This document shows, one piece after another, positions 12,339 to 23,868 of a stretch of 64,000 bases of DNA. Both the position numbers and the translations under genes were made by a program. This DNA is from Marsupella aquatica (lineage: Eukaryota; Plantae; Marchantiophyta), in contig OZ316897.1 in assembly GCA_973895155.1 (NCBI GenBank), positions 23,411,455 to 23,475,454 of the forward strand. Direction: 5' to 3'. Every line of letters begins with the position of its first letter. The stretch's first letter is position 1. Under the pieces are notes generated by a model. It did not search any database. It was not told where the DNA came from and was given only the letters and a program-made list of their open reading frames with translations.

Positions 12339-15300
12339 TAGCTCCCCACTTAATTGTGAAGCGTCCTCGCGAACAACTTCATCTTCGTCCATATAGTATT
12401 TCTTGAGGCGGTCATAATGGATGCGAACTGGGTACACCTCTCCAGTAATGTTGGCCAATTGCACGGAGCCATTGGAGAACTTCATGGTTACTCTAAAGGG
12501 TCCTAACCAGCGAGTGTAAAGTTTACCTGGAAACCTATTATACCTACTGTCATAAAGTAATACAAGATCTCCTGTGTGAATACTAACTGGTTTCAACCTC
12601 TTATCATACTGTTGCTTCATGGTATTCTGTCTATATTCTACTCTCTCAGCTGAAATCACTCTTGCCTCTTCTAAAGCTTCTAACCTATACTCTCGCTCCT
12701 TTAGGCTTTCCTCCTCTGAAGATCTCTCCTCAATTGTAACTTGAAATGTAGGAATCTCAAGTTGCATTGGTACCAGGGCTTCCTGTCCAAAGGTTAAGAA
12801 AAAAGGTGTATGACCGGTAGTGGATTTATAGGCTAAATTGTAAGCAAAAACAGCAGCAAACAATTTATCATCCCAATCGAGTTTGTTCTGAGTTACGGTT
12901 TTGTTCAACATCTTTCCTATAATTCCATTGGCTCGTTCTGTCAACCCATTTGCCTTTGGGTGGTAGGGAGTAGTAGGCCTATGTCTAACTAAATACTGCT
13001 CATTTAAACGACTAATTATATCATTCAGAAAATGGGTTCCTCTATCACTAACTAATTCTAAGGGTGCGCCATACTTGGTGAAGATCTGCTCATACATGAA
13101 TCGAGCCGTAGTAATTGCATCATCCTTCATTGTCGGCCTGGCCTCTACCCACTTAGTTGCATAATCCGTGGCCAAGATTATGTACTTGTTTCTTCGAGGA
13201 TGAGTCGATGGTTTCAAAGGTCCGATGTAATCAATACCCCACTTCTCAAATGGTGCCAGAGGTAGAATAGGGTGCAGTGGATGTCTTGTGGACGCCCTTG
13301 GTCCTCCCGCTCGCTGACAAGGATCGCATTGTTTGATAAACTTATAGACATCCTTGTGCAAGGTGGGCCACCAGAAACCGGCATTTAATATCTTTTTAGA
13401 AGTGGTTATTGGAGCGAAATGCCCCCCGGCCTCCTCCCCATGCATAGCTCGTAAGACTCGTTTTACTTCTCCCTCCTCCAAACACCTTTGAATCGTGCCA
13501 GTGATTCCATGCCTGTGTAGTATGCCCTTAATGCACTGATACTGTCTGACCTTCCACAGAAAGACTGCGGCTTGCTCTCGGCTTGCTCTCGGCTTAGTCC
13601 TGGCTGTAATCTGGAAGTGCTAAGAAATTGTAAAATCTCAAGGTACCATGTATCAGCTATTTCCACAACGAATAGCTCCTCGTCGAGAAATCAATCGTCG
13701 ATGCAATCCGTGGCAGGTTCACCTATGATCCTTGAAAAGAAGTTGGCATTGGCGTGTTGCTTTCCCGACTTGATTTTTAGCTCGTAGTCAAATTCCTGTA
13801 ATAGCAAAATCCATCTTGCTACCCTGCCTGTAAGGTCCAGCTTATTTACTAGGTACTTCAAACTTTCATTATCAGTATGAAAGATTACCTTGTACCCTAG
13901 TAGATAATGCCTAAACTTTTTACATGAATAAATGACTCCTAATGCTTCTCTTTCTGTGGTGGAGTAGTTTCGTTCGGCATCGGCAAGCTGGCGGCTTGCA
14001 AAGTATATGGGATGGTCCCTTCCTTTCTCATCCAATTGACTTAGTATTGAGCCGATACAGAAGCCTGAGACATCTACAAAGACATGAAAATCCTTGTTCC
14101 AGTCTGGTGCTATCATGACTGGGGCCTCTACTAACATCTGCTTCAATTCCACTACTGCTGTTACTCGTTCTGGTGTGGGTTCGAAGTCTGCACCTGCCTT
14201 GAGCATGTTGGTTAATGGTAAAGCTAGCTTGGCAAAATCCTTGATGAACCGGCGATAATAACCAATGCACCCCAAGAAGGATCTCACATCTTTTATGTTC
14301 TTAGGTTGCATGATATCTAGCCATACTGCTAGCTTACCTTTGTCAATCTCAATGCCCTTCTTTGATACCTTGTGACCTAGTAGCACACCCTCTATTACTC
14401 CAAAGAAACATTTATCGGGGTGTAACTTGAGACCTACCTCTCTGCATCTCATGAAGGTTTTCCTGAGGTATTTAGCATGTTTCGATGCCTTCCCAAATAC
14501 TGCAAAGTCATCAATGAAGATTTCCATGAATTTTCTCAAGTAGTCATGAAAAATGTTCACCATTAATCGTTGGAACATAGTTGATGCGTTACAGAGTCCA
14601 AACGGCATACGATTGAAGACATAGATCCCCCATTCCGTGATGAAGGCTGTCTTGATTTGGTCCTCCTGCCTAATCCTGATTTGGTTATAACCAGAGTACC
14701 CATCCATGAATGAGTATAGTTCATGACTGGCTACCATGTCTAACACCATATTAGTAAAGGGTAAAGGAAAATGATCTTTCAATGTAGCCTCATTCAACTT
14801 CCTGTAATCCTGACAAACATGGATCTTTGGTTTACCATCGGGTCCAGCTTTCTTGGGAACTATCACAATTGGAGACACCCAATCTGAATGCAGGACTGGA
14901 GTGATGAATCCGGCTTCCACTAGTTTATCAATTTCAGCCTTGACCATCAGAGAATACTTAGGGTTCATCCTTCGAATCGGTTGTCGAAATGATTTGGCCC
15001 CTAACATGAGATCAATTTGGTGTTCTCCTAGTTTTGGGTCTACTCCCTTCAGATCTTGGTGACTCCATGCGAACACATCCTGAAATTCAATTAGTATTTC
15101 ACTGATCTCTTTCTCAAGCTCAGGTGCTAGGTCCCGCTCCAAGTTCAGTTCCCTTCCTTCTCCTAAGTCAAGCTTCCGGTATTGCCGTGCTTGGATCATA
15201 TTAATCTGCTTCTTTAAATTCGGGTCCAACCCGGCCTCCAGCCTCTCCAGTCTCATACCTCCATAGACTGGAATCTTGGCGGTACTAGCCAAATTGGTTG

Positions 15301-17000
15301 ACTGGAGTTCTCCCTGGTTATTAACAGACTGTTCCCTTACCGTTCTGCTTGGTTTTGCATTGGTTGTCGGCTCCCCTTCCTGACTCGGCTATGGTTTCTT
15401 TCTGTGCATCTTATCTATTCCTGCTTCCTGAGGGTCAGGCCGTCGTGCTCTTCCGGCTTCTAGCAGGGCCTCAATTTGTTCTGCCCTTGTGATCGGCTTG
15501 TAAGCCAATCCTTTGGTATTTAATTTGTTGCCGATGATAGATGGCGTTGTGGATCCTGTCGGCTCTGCCACAATGCCCGAGGAAAATCCACTGTCTCTGG
15601 TGTAGCTCCCCACCTAGCCGTTTCATCTAGCCGATCCGCCTCTTGTGTCTCCTCCGGAATTGAAGCTAAAAATGTTGACTCTATGGCAAAGCAATCCTCA
15701 GTCTCTTCTTCACCTTCCTCCAGGTTACTCTCCATATGTTCGTGCCATAGTCCGCTGGGGGGTACTTCCGGTCCAAACACACTTTCTTCGGTTAGGTCAG
15801 TGAGGCATTCTAACCAACGGACTTCATCGGCTGACTCGAGTCCACTGTCGTACCCATCTACTTCCCTGATGCTTTTCCTACAATCATCCTTAGTGTCCCA
15901 GGATACCGTGATAGAGGGGGTCCCAAAAGTGAACTCCTTCTTACCCCAATCTTCTATTACCTTGGCTAGGTACAGCCATGGCTTGTCAATTAATAGTCGG
16001 AACGACGTAGGATTTACTGGCTTCATTACTACATAGTTAATGCTAAAGAAGATACCTCCTATCTCTATCTTGATGCCGGTTAACACCCCTGTGGGAATGA
16101 CCTGATACCCATTGGCCATGTTTAACACTCTTCCAGTCATCTCCGGCGTTAGACCCCATCCTTTTGCTGTTGAATCAATCATAATACATACCCCGGATCC
16201 TCCATCAATGGGTACCCGCAGTAATATTTCTCCTTGAATCATTAATGGTAATGCTGGGGCTCCTTGATCTTCTTCTATCATCAACACATCGGATCTGGTT
16301 GCTACCTTGGGTAATCTCGGTTTGTCAAGAATCGCCTTCCTTAATTGCTTCTGGAAGTACGGGCTATTTTTCAATAGTTGACCTACGGTTGCCGAGACTC
16401 TAGATTCTAGCACATCTTTAGCCAGGTCATAGGGAACTATCGGCTTCTCTTCTGGCGGTGTCTTCATCTTGGCTTCGGCCTGTTTCTTCACGCTGGTTTC
16501 CACAGCCGTTGGATCCTCCGAAGCAAACAGTGCTTTTGCTCATTCCACATCCTTGGCTATGGCTTCGGTAATCTCCAGGGTTTCTAATTGTCGTAGTTGT
16601 TCCTTAACACTAGCCGTAATAGCGGGGTAGAACAACTTAGGGTGATCTCGATTGAAATCATTGTCCTGTGAAGGATTGGGGTCACTGGTGAGCTCATGGC
16701 TTACCTGTGTTGCCGGCGCCTTTCCTTCCCCTTCTGTCGACGTTGACGAAGAGTTGATTCTTTCTTCCTTATCCTTCCCTTTATTTTTGGCCAGCCCATC
16801 CCACCTTCCCTTCCTTCTGGTGGATCGAGTAGAGACCCGGTAGCAATCATGATCCAAATCTTCTTCTGAAAATGTTGATAAGGCCTCGGCCTCATCGTCA
16901 GATGGTCCGAACTCTGCCTCGGCATCCGTTTGCCATCCGAGTTTGATGTGGTTGATTTGAACTCCTCCGGGGGTAGTACCTGGCGGTAAAACTTTGACTG
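12327..17000 (-). pseudogene. pol: gag end / protease / RT / RNase H / integrase of A2 with stops and frameshifts
   Basis: ORFs 16540-17000, 15520-16503 (protease), 13691-15292 (RT-RH) and 12327-13481 (INT). Confidence 0.9.
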
Positions 17001-17603
17001 TGTCGTGCGCATACACATCGCTACACAACATACATTGCTTGTCACATACATCCAAACATAGTCACACTGCCACATCACAAACACAAGAGAATGGAATACA
17101 AGTGGAACTCATGTCCACACATGTCCAAAACCCACAATAATCTCCATACAATCGGCACAATGATCCCGGTCAACAATACCCCATCGATCCCGCACCGATC
17201 CGATCACACACGTATGTCAAGCCAACGCACCTTGCACTACTCAAGGAATCCACGTTACACAAGCGGAGCTCACAGCCACCATAGCCACTCAAGCTCCTCT
17301 CTCTCCAAGGCTCAACATTGAAAGATGACCTTTCAATGCCTCACAAGTGAGAAGTACCCTCTCACACAAACCTGACGGAACCTTATCGGCTCATATAGCA
17401 CACATACCAAATATACGGATCTAGATAGTACGATACACTCTAACACTACCTAGAATGGCGTGACAGCTATCGTGCGCATACACATCGCTACACAACATAC
17501 ATCGCTTGTCACATACATCCAAACATAGTCACACTGCCACATCACAAACACAAGAGAATGGAATACAAGTGGAACTCATGTCCACACATGTCCAAAACCC
17601 ACA
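17001..17603 (-). repeat. 3' terminal repeat region of C with internal 138-bp direct repeat (17001-17138 and 17468-17605)
   Basis: The duplication is directly visible. A PPT-like TAGGGGGGCGAT lies on the minus strand at 17604-17615. TG..CA ends are present. Confidence 0.7.
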
Positions 17604-17778
17604 ATCGCCCCCCTAGCTGGGAGTAAGGTCCCCTAACTCTAGCTAGCCATGAGTTCTACAAGGTTGATATACACCTTTTTAGGTGTGAAGATCAGGAGGC
17701 CGGGTGCAAGTGAGCCCCATCGATCACCTACCTGCAATCCATATCTGCCAAGAGAACACAAATGATAACTAGTCGGCT

Positions 17779-19359
17779 TCACCGACACTGAGGACACAAC
17801 CATGATCCACTAGGAATCACCTGCAATGGTGGTGTCAAACATGACATATGCCATCCTCTAGAACACTTATCACAAATCAACATAGTAGCTGCTCCCTGAG
17901 CAGATCCACACAACATACATTTCAAGCTAGCACGAACATGTGCCAAGCTTGGATCTACTGTACCATCAATGTTGGGAAGGTGACATGGTGCACAGTTGCG
18001 CACATGATCCTTCCAAACCATACCATCGCGTCCCTCCAACATCAGGACACCAGAAGGCAACACTTCACGCACACGAAAGATTGTCCGGCCTACGGTCACA
18101 TCAAGTGTTGTGGGTGCTGTCTGCTGCAAATAAACATAATCACCAGGATGAAATCGTCGAATGCTTGCACGGTAACCTCCTCCACGAATAGTGGCATACC
18201 TCAAAGTATCATGATGTTGGGCAATGGCAAAGTTATCAAAAGCCACGGGCATCACTCTCTGAAATACCCGTGCTCTCTCTGAACACACCTTGACCCAAAC
18301 ATCAGGATCATCCAAGTTCACAACTGGTATAGCATCACGACGAATAGCTGCTGGCAAATCTGGCTCTCTACCATAGAGCAAAAAGTAAGGTGAGAAGGAT
18401 GCAAGTGATGCTTGCCGACTGAAACGGTAGCCCATAGCTAACCAAGGTAGCTGGAGATCCCAATCTCCCAGATGACCAACCTGCAAGCCATACTTACGCA
18501 ATCCTCTCTTCACAGTTTGCACAACTCTCTCAGCTATTCCATCTGCCTCAGAATGATCACAAGAGGTAGTACGATGATCAATCAAAGCTTGTTCACACAA
18601 ACTCTCAAACTCTCCATGGAACTCAGTTCCCTGATCAGTCAACACCTCAGCTGGTGCTCCAAAATGACTAAGTACGCGATCCAAAAATGTAGCAGCAACT
18701 CCTCCACTGGCTTTATCTGGCAACGCCACTAGCTCAATCCACTTGGAGAAGTGCTCCACCATGACCAAAACATACCGATTATGGCGTTGGGTAAGAGGTA
18801 ATGGACCAGCAAAATCCAAACTCCAACGATATCCCAAACCCATGATCGGTAACGGGTGCAACTGGGGAGTGGGAGCATTAAATGATGCTCTCACTCTATC
18901 GCATACCACACACTTAGCTATCAACTGCTGGACATGAGTATGCATATCACGCCACCAATATTGTGTCTGCAGCAAGCTATAAGTGCGCTTCACACCAAAG
19001 TGACCCAACTCCTCGTGTGCATGTCGCACCAAATGTACTCGTTGTGATGGTTTTGGTACCACCAACACCCTACCATCATGCAATACTCTCAAAAGATGGT
19101 TTCCCTCCCATCGAAACCTCTTGGCTCTTTGTAGAACCCTGTCACGTTCTTTGGCATCAACACTACCAACAATAGAACCACTGCACAGATATTCCAACAC
19201 TCTCACATCATTGTGAATATCTTGCTGTCCAGAAGTTACCTCACCAACATCCACATCTGAAGACTCATCATCCACTCCATCCAATGAGGTAGAGTCCACA
19301 GATCCACTGTATGCTGGCACCCAACAAAGAAAGGCAGATGCATGCCATCCTGGCACCAT
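17779..19359 (-). CDS. Integrase of element C with C-terminal PHD finger
   Basis: HHCC (HAHEELGH..CVVC), DDE core (SLDFAG, LTDQGTEF, AERVV) and C4HC3 finger CMLC..CDKCSRGWHMSC..WLCPQC (17782-17922). Confidence 0.9.
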   Translation of the reverse strand: MVPGWHASAFLCWVPAYSGSVDSTSLDGVDDESSDVDVGEVTSGQQDIHNDVRVLEYLCSGSIVGSVDAKERDRVLQRAKRFRWEGNHLLRVLHDGRVLVVPKPSQRVHLVRHAHEELGHFGVKRTYSLLQTQYWWRDMHTHVQQLIAKCVVCDRVRASFNAPTPQLHPLPIMGLGYRWSLDFAGPLPLTQRHNRYVLVMVEHFSKWIELVALPDKASGGVAATFLDRVLSHFGAPAEVLTDQGTEFHGEFESLCEQALIDHRTTSCDHSEADGIAERVVQTVKRGLRKYGLQVGHLGDWDLQLPWLAMGYRFSRQASLASFSPYFLLYGREPDLPAAIRRDAIPVVNLDDPDVWVKVCSERARVFQRVMPVAFDNFAIAQHHDTLRYATIRGGGYRASIRRFHPGDYVYLQQTAPTTLDVTVGRTIFRVREVLPSGVLMLEGRDGMVWKDHVRNCAPCHLPNIDGTVDPSLAHVRASLKCMLCGSAQGAATMLICDKCSRGWHMSCLTPPLQVIPSGSWLCPQCR

Positions 19360-19401
19360 CTCCTTATCTGACTCATCATGCCATCTGGCTCCAATCTCAT
19401 C

Positions 19402-19747
19402 CTACTGACTGGTACATGGATTGCGGCTTAATCCATCTGCATCCAAGTTCACTTTTCCAAGCCTATGCACCACCTGGAAATCATACTCCTGTAACAACAA
19501 TGCCCATCGTGCAAGCTTCCCTATAAGCTTGTCAGACTCCATTAACCACTTAAGAGGCTGATGATCAGTGATCAAGGTGAAGGGGTTACCAAACAAGTAG
19601 CAACAAAAGTGTGCAACAGCCCACACTGCTGCCAAACACTCTCCCTCATAAGAGCTATACTTAGCCTCTGCTGAATTGTTTGATCTACTGGCATAAGCCA
19701 CAACAAACTCATTCCCCTTATCATCCTTCTGAATCAACATTGCTCCA
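19402..19747 (-). pseudogene. RNase H (C-terminal part) of element C
   Basis: VAYASRS, YEGECLAAVWAV, LITDHQPL, NLDADGLSR. Confidence 0.88.
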
Positions 19748-20106
19748 TGTGACGCCGCCGGTACGGCGGTTAAATGAGTGATTCAGTCTAACTGCGCTCG
19801 GCACGCGCGTTAGGTGGGTCTTAGGCCGCTATTATTAGCATAACGACAGTATTTAGGTAATCATTAGGGGTAGGACATCATTAGGCAATAAGGGGGACTT
19901 TAGGTTCGGGCTGGCGGCGGGTCGCTATTCGCACACCCGGGTTATGAGCATGGAGGGGCCCCTCCCTCGGGTCCGTATAACGAACTTAAGGAAGCGGCCA
20001 CTGACGCACGCTGACTCAGACCGGCGGAGTGGCCGGTACACCACAAGCGTGAGCGGTTCAACCTATGGGCGTCGAGGAGACGTCGGGGATCGACAAGCCC
20101 TCAAAG

Positions 20107-20113
20107 TATAAAA
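20107..20113 (+). promoter_or_regulatory. Candidate TATA box in the B LTR (copy at 30167-30173)
   Basis: TATAAAA about 100 bp upstream of the LTR ORF ATG, followed by a CT-rich leader. Confidence 0.5.
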
Positions 20114-20214
20114 GGGGAGCCAACCCTTTGTAGTGCACCAGTCCATCAGTCCGCGCGCCAGCTTCGACCCCAGCTCTCTCGTTCTCTCTAGGTCGCCACT
20201 ACTATCTCCTCTGA

Positions 20215-22845
20215 ATGTCGCACACGATCCTCTCCAGCTCGGCCATTCGATTCTGGACGTAGTTCCTATCTACTGGAAGGCACTTGGCCGATTCATTGAA
20301 ACACGCCAACCCACGCCGATACGAGATCGAACGTGAATACGAGAGAGCCATCCGCCTAGCAGGACGACACCACTACGTCCTTAACTTTGACTACCCGTCT
20401 CAGAGCGAGCTTTACCGACCAGCTGAGGTATCTGGGTACTTCTTTGACGGAGACAAATATATCGGGTTCTGGGAAGCATTGCTTCGGCTTCCGGACGAGG
20501 TCTTCAATATCCCGGGTACAATCGACCTGCAGCGACATCACTTCGACCACATCCCTGCCCAGGTTCGGGCAGTCATTAACGGCGAGTCCAGTACCAACCG
20601 TTCGACAAGGGCGTCCGCACTCGCTTCGGAGAACTTCTACCAGCACCTACAGAGCTTCATGGGAACTCGGCCATCAACCAACATGACCAACTCAGCCGTA
20701 CCCGTACCCGTGCCCATGCAACCGCAGCTTCAGCTTCAGCCTCAGCCACAGCCTAGCCAAACCCCACCACCTATCACCTAGCCAGCACAGGTACGCTCCG
20801 TCATCAACGCTGTGGATCTTAGCGATGACGACGAGGCTACCCCACCCTTGACCAGGCGGCCCAGAGGAACAAGCGCTCGGGGGGCCGACACTATATCGTC
20901 CCCACCCCCTGCTCTGACCCCAGGAGCGGCCCCAGCAGACAACATGGTGACCGTGGCCGCCCCGGGCCCGTTACCAACCGCAGTGGCACTCCCCAGGCCC
21001 GATCGGGAGGATGGGGAAGTATCACCTTCCCCGAGTCAGTCACGGGGAAAGAAGAGGAAGGAATCCGCCAGTGCATTCGGGTTACCGTTGGCCACGGTAG
21101 CCGTAGCCAAGGTAACGATGCATCGCATGGGGGAAAACGTTCACAGCAACATCCTCCATCCCAAGCATGTGGTGTACCTGAAGACTCAGGGATTTGAGCA
21201 CCTCGCCTCTCTCCCCTGGAACACTTGCAGGTACTACGGGGAGGACATGACAGAATTCGTCAAGAATTATGACGACGTACGTCAACAGACTCGGCTGCGG
21301 GGAAGGAATATGTCCCTCACAGAAGAACGGCTCAAGATGATCTTCGGGTTACCCGAAGGTGACCATCGAGTCGAATCACGGGCTCCCGGGGGCAAGGGGG
21401 CCAAGTACCAATCTTCAAGTTTTCCCTCAGAGGGATCAGTAGACAACGGGTTCGTGATGAGGACCTGCCTCATGCCCGAGATAGCTGAGCGGTTGGAGTT
21501 CCAGAGGTACGCTCTCCACATGATGGAACCCCGGGGGGAGATCTCCGCCGCCCAGGTCATCCAGGTCGAGAACTATCGACCTAGGAAGTGGGCGTCGTAC
21601 TTCGCTAAGAAATTCCATGAAGAGATGGAGCGGCGAAGGAAGACGCTGTACATTGGCGGGAAGGCGTATTTCGCTAGCCACATCGAAATCATTCTTGAGT
21701 GGTACGCCCGGTTTGATCGACGAACCCTTCCCCGCATCAACGTTACAAAGCTGGTCCCAGCTAGGTGGGTTTTTCCGGCATTGGAGAGACGGCCCCAACC
21801 CGAGGCCCGAAGTCCACTGGACACGCCAGCTTCACCCACTCCACCTCCACAAATAGCTGTAATCATAACCGAGGAGGCGCCGGAGGGGTCGGTCGTCGCA
21901 ACCGTTGATGCGACCCAACTAGCCGGGCTAAGTACAGAAGTTGGTACGGCAGAGGTCTTACCCGAACCTGGGTCTCCCAAGGACCCGCCGGTGGCAATTC
22001 CGGAGAACCGGACATCGCTGCAGGAGGATACTCCGGCCCCTTCCAACGTTATGTCCCCAGGGCTGGACGTCACTGCCCCGGCCCCTGCGCGTGTTGATGT
22101 CTGCCCGTGCCCAAATCCGGACAGGCACAACTTGGACCACCCGGAACTCTTCGTACAGGGTACGTTTCTGAACGGGCTTCTGGGAGATTTCTCTCATCAA
22201 ATTGCCCAGGATACCGGGGAGTTCATGGCTCGGAAGGTAGCCTGTTTCTTCAATCAGGAGTTGGTTGCCGCCGTAAAGGCAGGGCGGGCCTAGTCGGAGG
22301 CCCTTCAGAGGATAGAGCGGTACCGGGTGGAGTCCGTGTACCTAAAGAACGAAGTGGCAGCTCAAGAGGCTGAACTTCTGCAACTACGACCCAAGGTTGC
22401 AGCCGCCGATGAGTTGTTAGCAAAGGCGTACGCTCTTACCGCCCTAGCCGAACAGGCCAAAGCTGGGAACGAGGCCGAGATTACACGACTCCGGAACCAG
22501 ATTGATAGTTTGAAGAAACAAGCTGTCACCTGGCAGAAAGACCTGGAGGAGGCCGAGGAGCGAGCCCAGCGAGACGCGACGGAGATAGCCACGCTGCAGG
22601 CCGAGATGGCGCGGCTCCAAACCGAGGCCGAGAAGCAGGACCAGCTGGCGAGTAAACTAGCGAGCGACGCCCAGCAGCTGGAGGAGGCATGTCAGGAGGC
22701 AGCAGAGGAGACGGACGCGGCGAGGCGAGAGAACGAATCTCTGCTGGACCAGGTCCAGCTCCTCAAAGCGGACAATGACAGGCTTCGAAGGCAGCGGGAT
22801 GGCCGTTCCCATTCGGGTGGCTCTGGCAAGCGTGCCAGGCATTAG
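20215..22845 (+). pseudogene. LTR-embedded protein of B, 5' LTR copy (876 codons, three CAG>TAG stops)
   Basis: Single frame. TAG at 20260, 20779 and 22291 are CAG in the 3' LTR copy. GFEHLASLPW..EFVKNY..IFGLPEG motif and C-terminal coiled coil. Confidence 0.85.
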
Positions 22846-23757
22846 CGGCGGAGTAGGAATAGATTAGGATTAGGATTGGCTTAGTCAGGCTCTTGGGACA
22901 GGCACCTGCCTTAGGTACGGCAGCGCTGCCCTGCTGTCCAGCCTGCGTAGATTAGGATCTTCTAATAAGACACAACCGTTTTCCGGCCTGACTGTCAGCT
23001 TAGTTAGGACCTTGGTCAGCGAATCTTCGGCGGGAGGATACCCCGTTCCTCGGCTCTTAGTATTTAGTGCACCCCTCGGTAGAGGCAGGGGGGGGTTTTT
23101 AGTTTCAGAGTCGGACATCCGCGGGACATGCGGGGAGTCCCGACCTCTGGGAATGACAAAGTACCAAGGGGAGGGGGTAGGACTAAGCTTGCCGGGCGAG
23201 TGCGGAGCCGGGCTCCGTTGTAGTGTGCACCCTTGGTCTTGAACCTGTGCATTCCAGGGCTGTCGTGTCAACTAAGTGTACGCATATGTTCCCTTTGTAG
23301 TAAAAATCCTTTCCCATCATTTTTCCTTCGTGTAAATCGAGATTGTATGCATGTGTGCGCATATGTGTGTGGGTTTCTCGTATATGGGTGGCAGCGCCGG
23401 GCCGAACGCACTACCCGAGACGTGCACAGGGTGCAGCCTGCGGGTAAGTGGTTGCGAGCACGGGTTGAGGACCTGTATCATCGAATCCGGATCGAAGGCG
23501 GACAGCACGAAGGCTTAGAAGCCCTTAAGCCGGGGTCGATCCTGCTATCGACTAGGGTACGTTCCGGCGGCGGAACACAAACCATACCTAGGAGGTGTCC
23601 GTATTTAGCAGTATGCGCACTTAGCGCTAGTTTACGAGAATAAGGTGCATTACGTGCTTCCCTTCCTGCCCGAACCCTCAGATTTACGAGGGATGTGCCC
23701 GTCTAAGCTGAAGTCTGAGTTAAGGCCGAAGCCTACGACGTGACATAGCCTTTGTTT

Positions 23758-23775
23758 TGGCGCTAGATGGAGGGG
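23758..23775 (+). other. Putative primer-binding site of B (TGGCGCTAGATGGAGGGG; primer not identified)
   Basis: TGG-initiated motif 12 nt after the 5' LTR. Confidence 0.55.
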
Positions 23776-23868
23776 GCACTCTACATATCGTAGAGGGGAG
23801 ACATGTGCGTATTCACCTAGGCAGGATACATCAGGACGTAGTACTAACCATTGCATTTATATGAGTAA

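Larger units (their letters stand above)
7594..17000 (-). mobile_element. Family A copy A2 (gag end-PR-RT-RH-INT plus 3' LTR), interrupted at 17000 by element C
   Basis: Closely similar to A1 in pol and LTR. Protease IDGGSG and RT FIDD motifs. The gag frame stops abruptly at the C terminal repeat. Confidence 0.9.
19748..23745 (+). repeat. 5' LTR of B (3998 bp)
   Basis: TGTGACGCC...CGTGACA, near-identical to 29808-33810. Confidence 0.95.

Noticed and set aside
15603-15613. PPT-like GTGGGGAGCTA at a frameshift in the A2 PR-RT linker
   Set aside because: Single degraded copy and an 11-nt match; it cannot be distinguished from chance or ordinary mutation.
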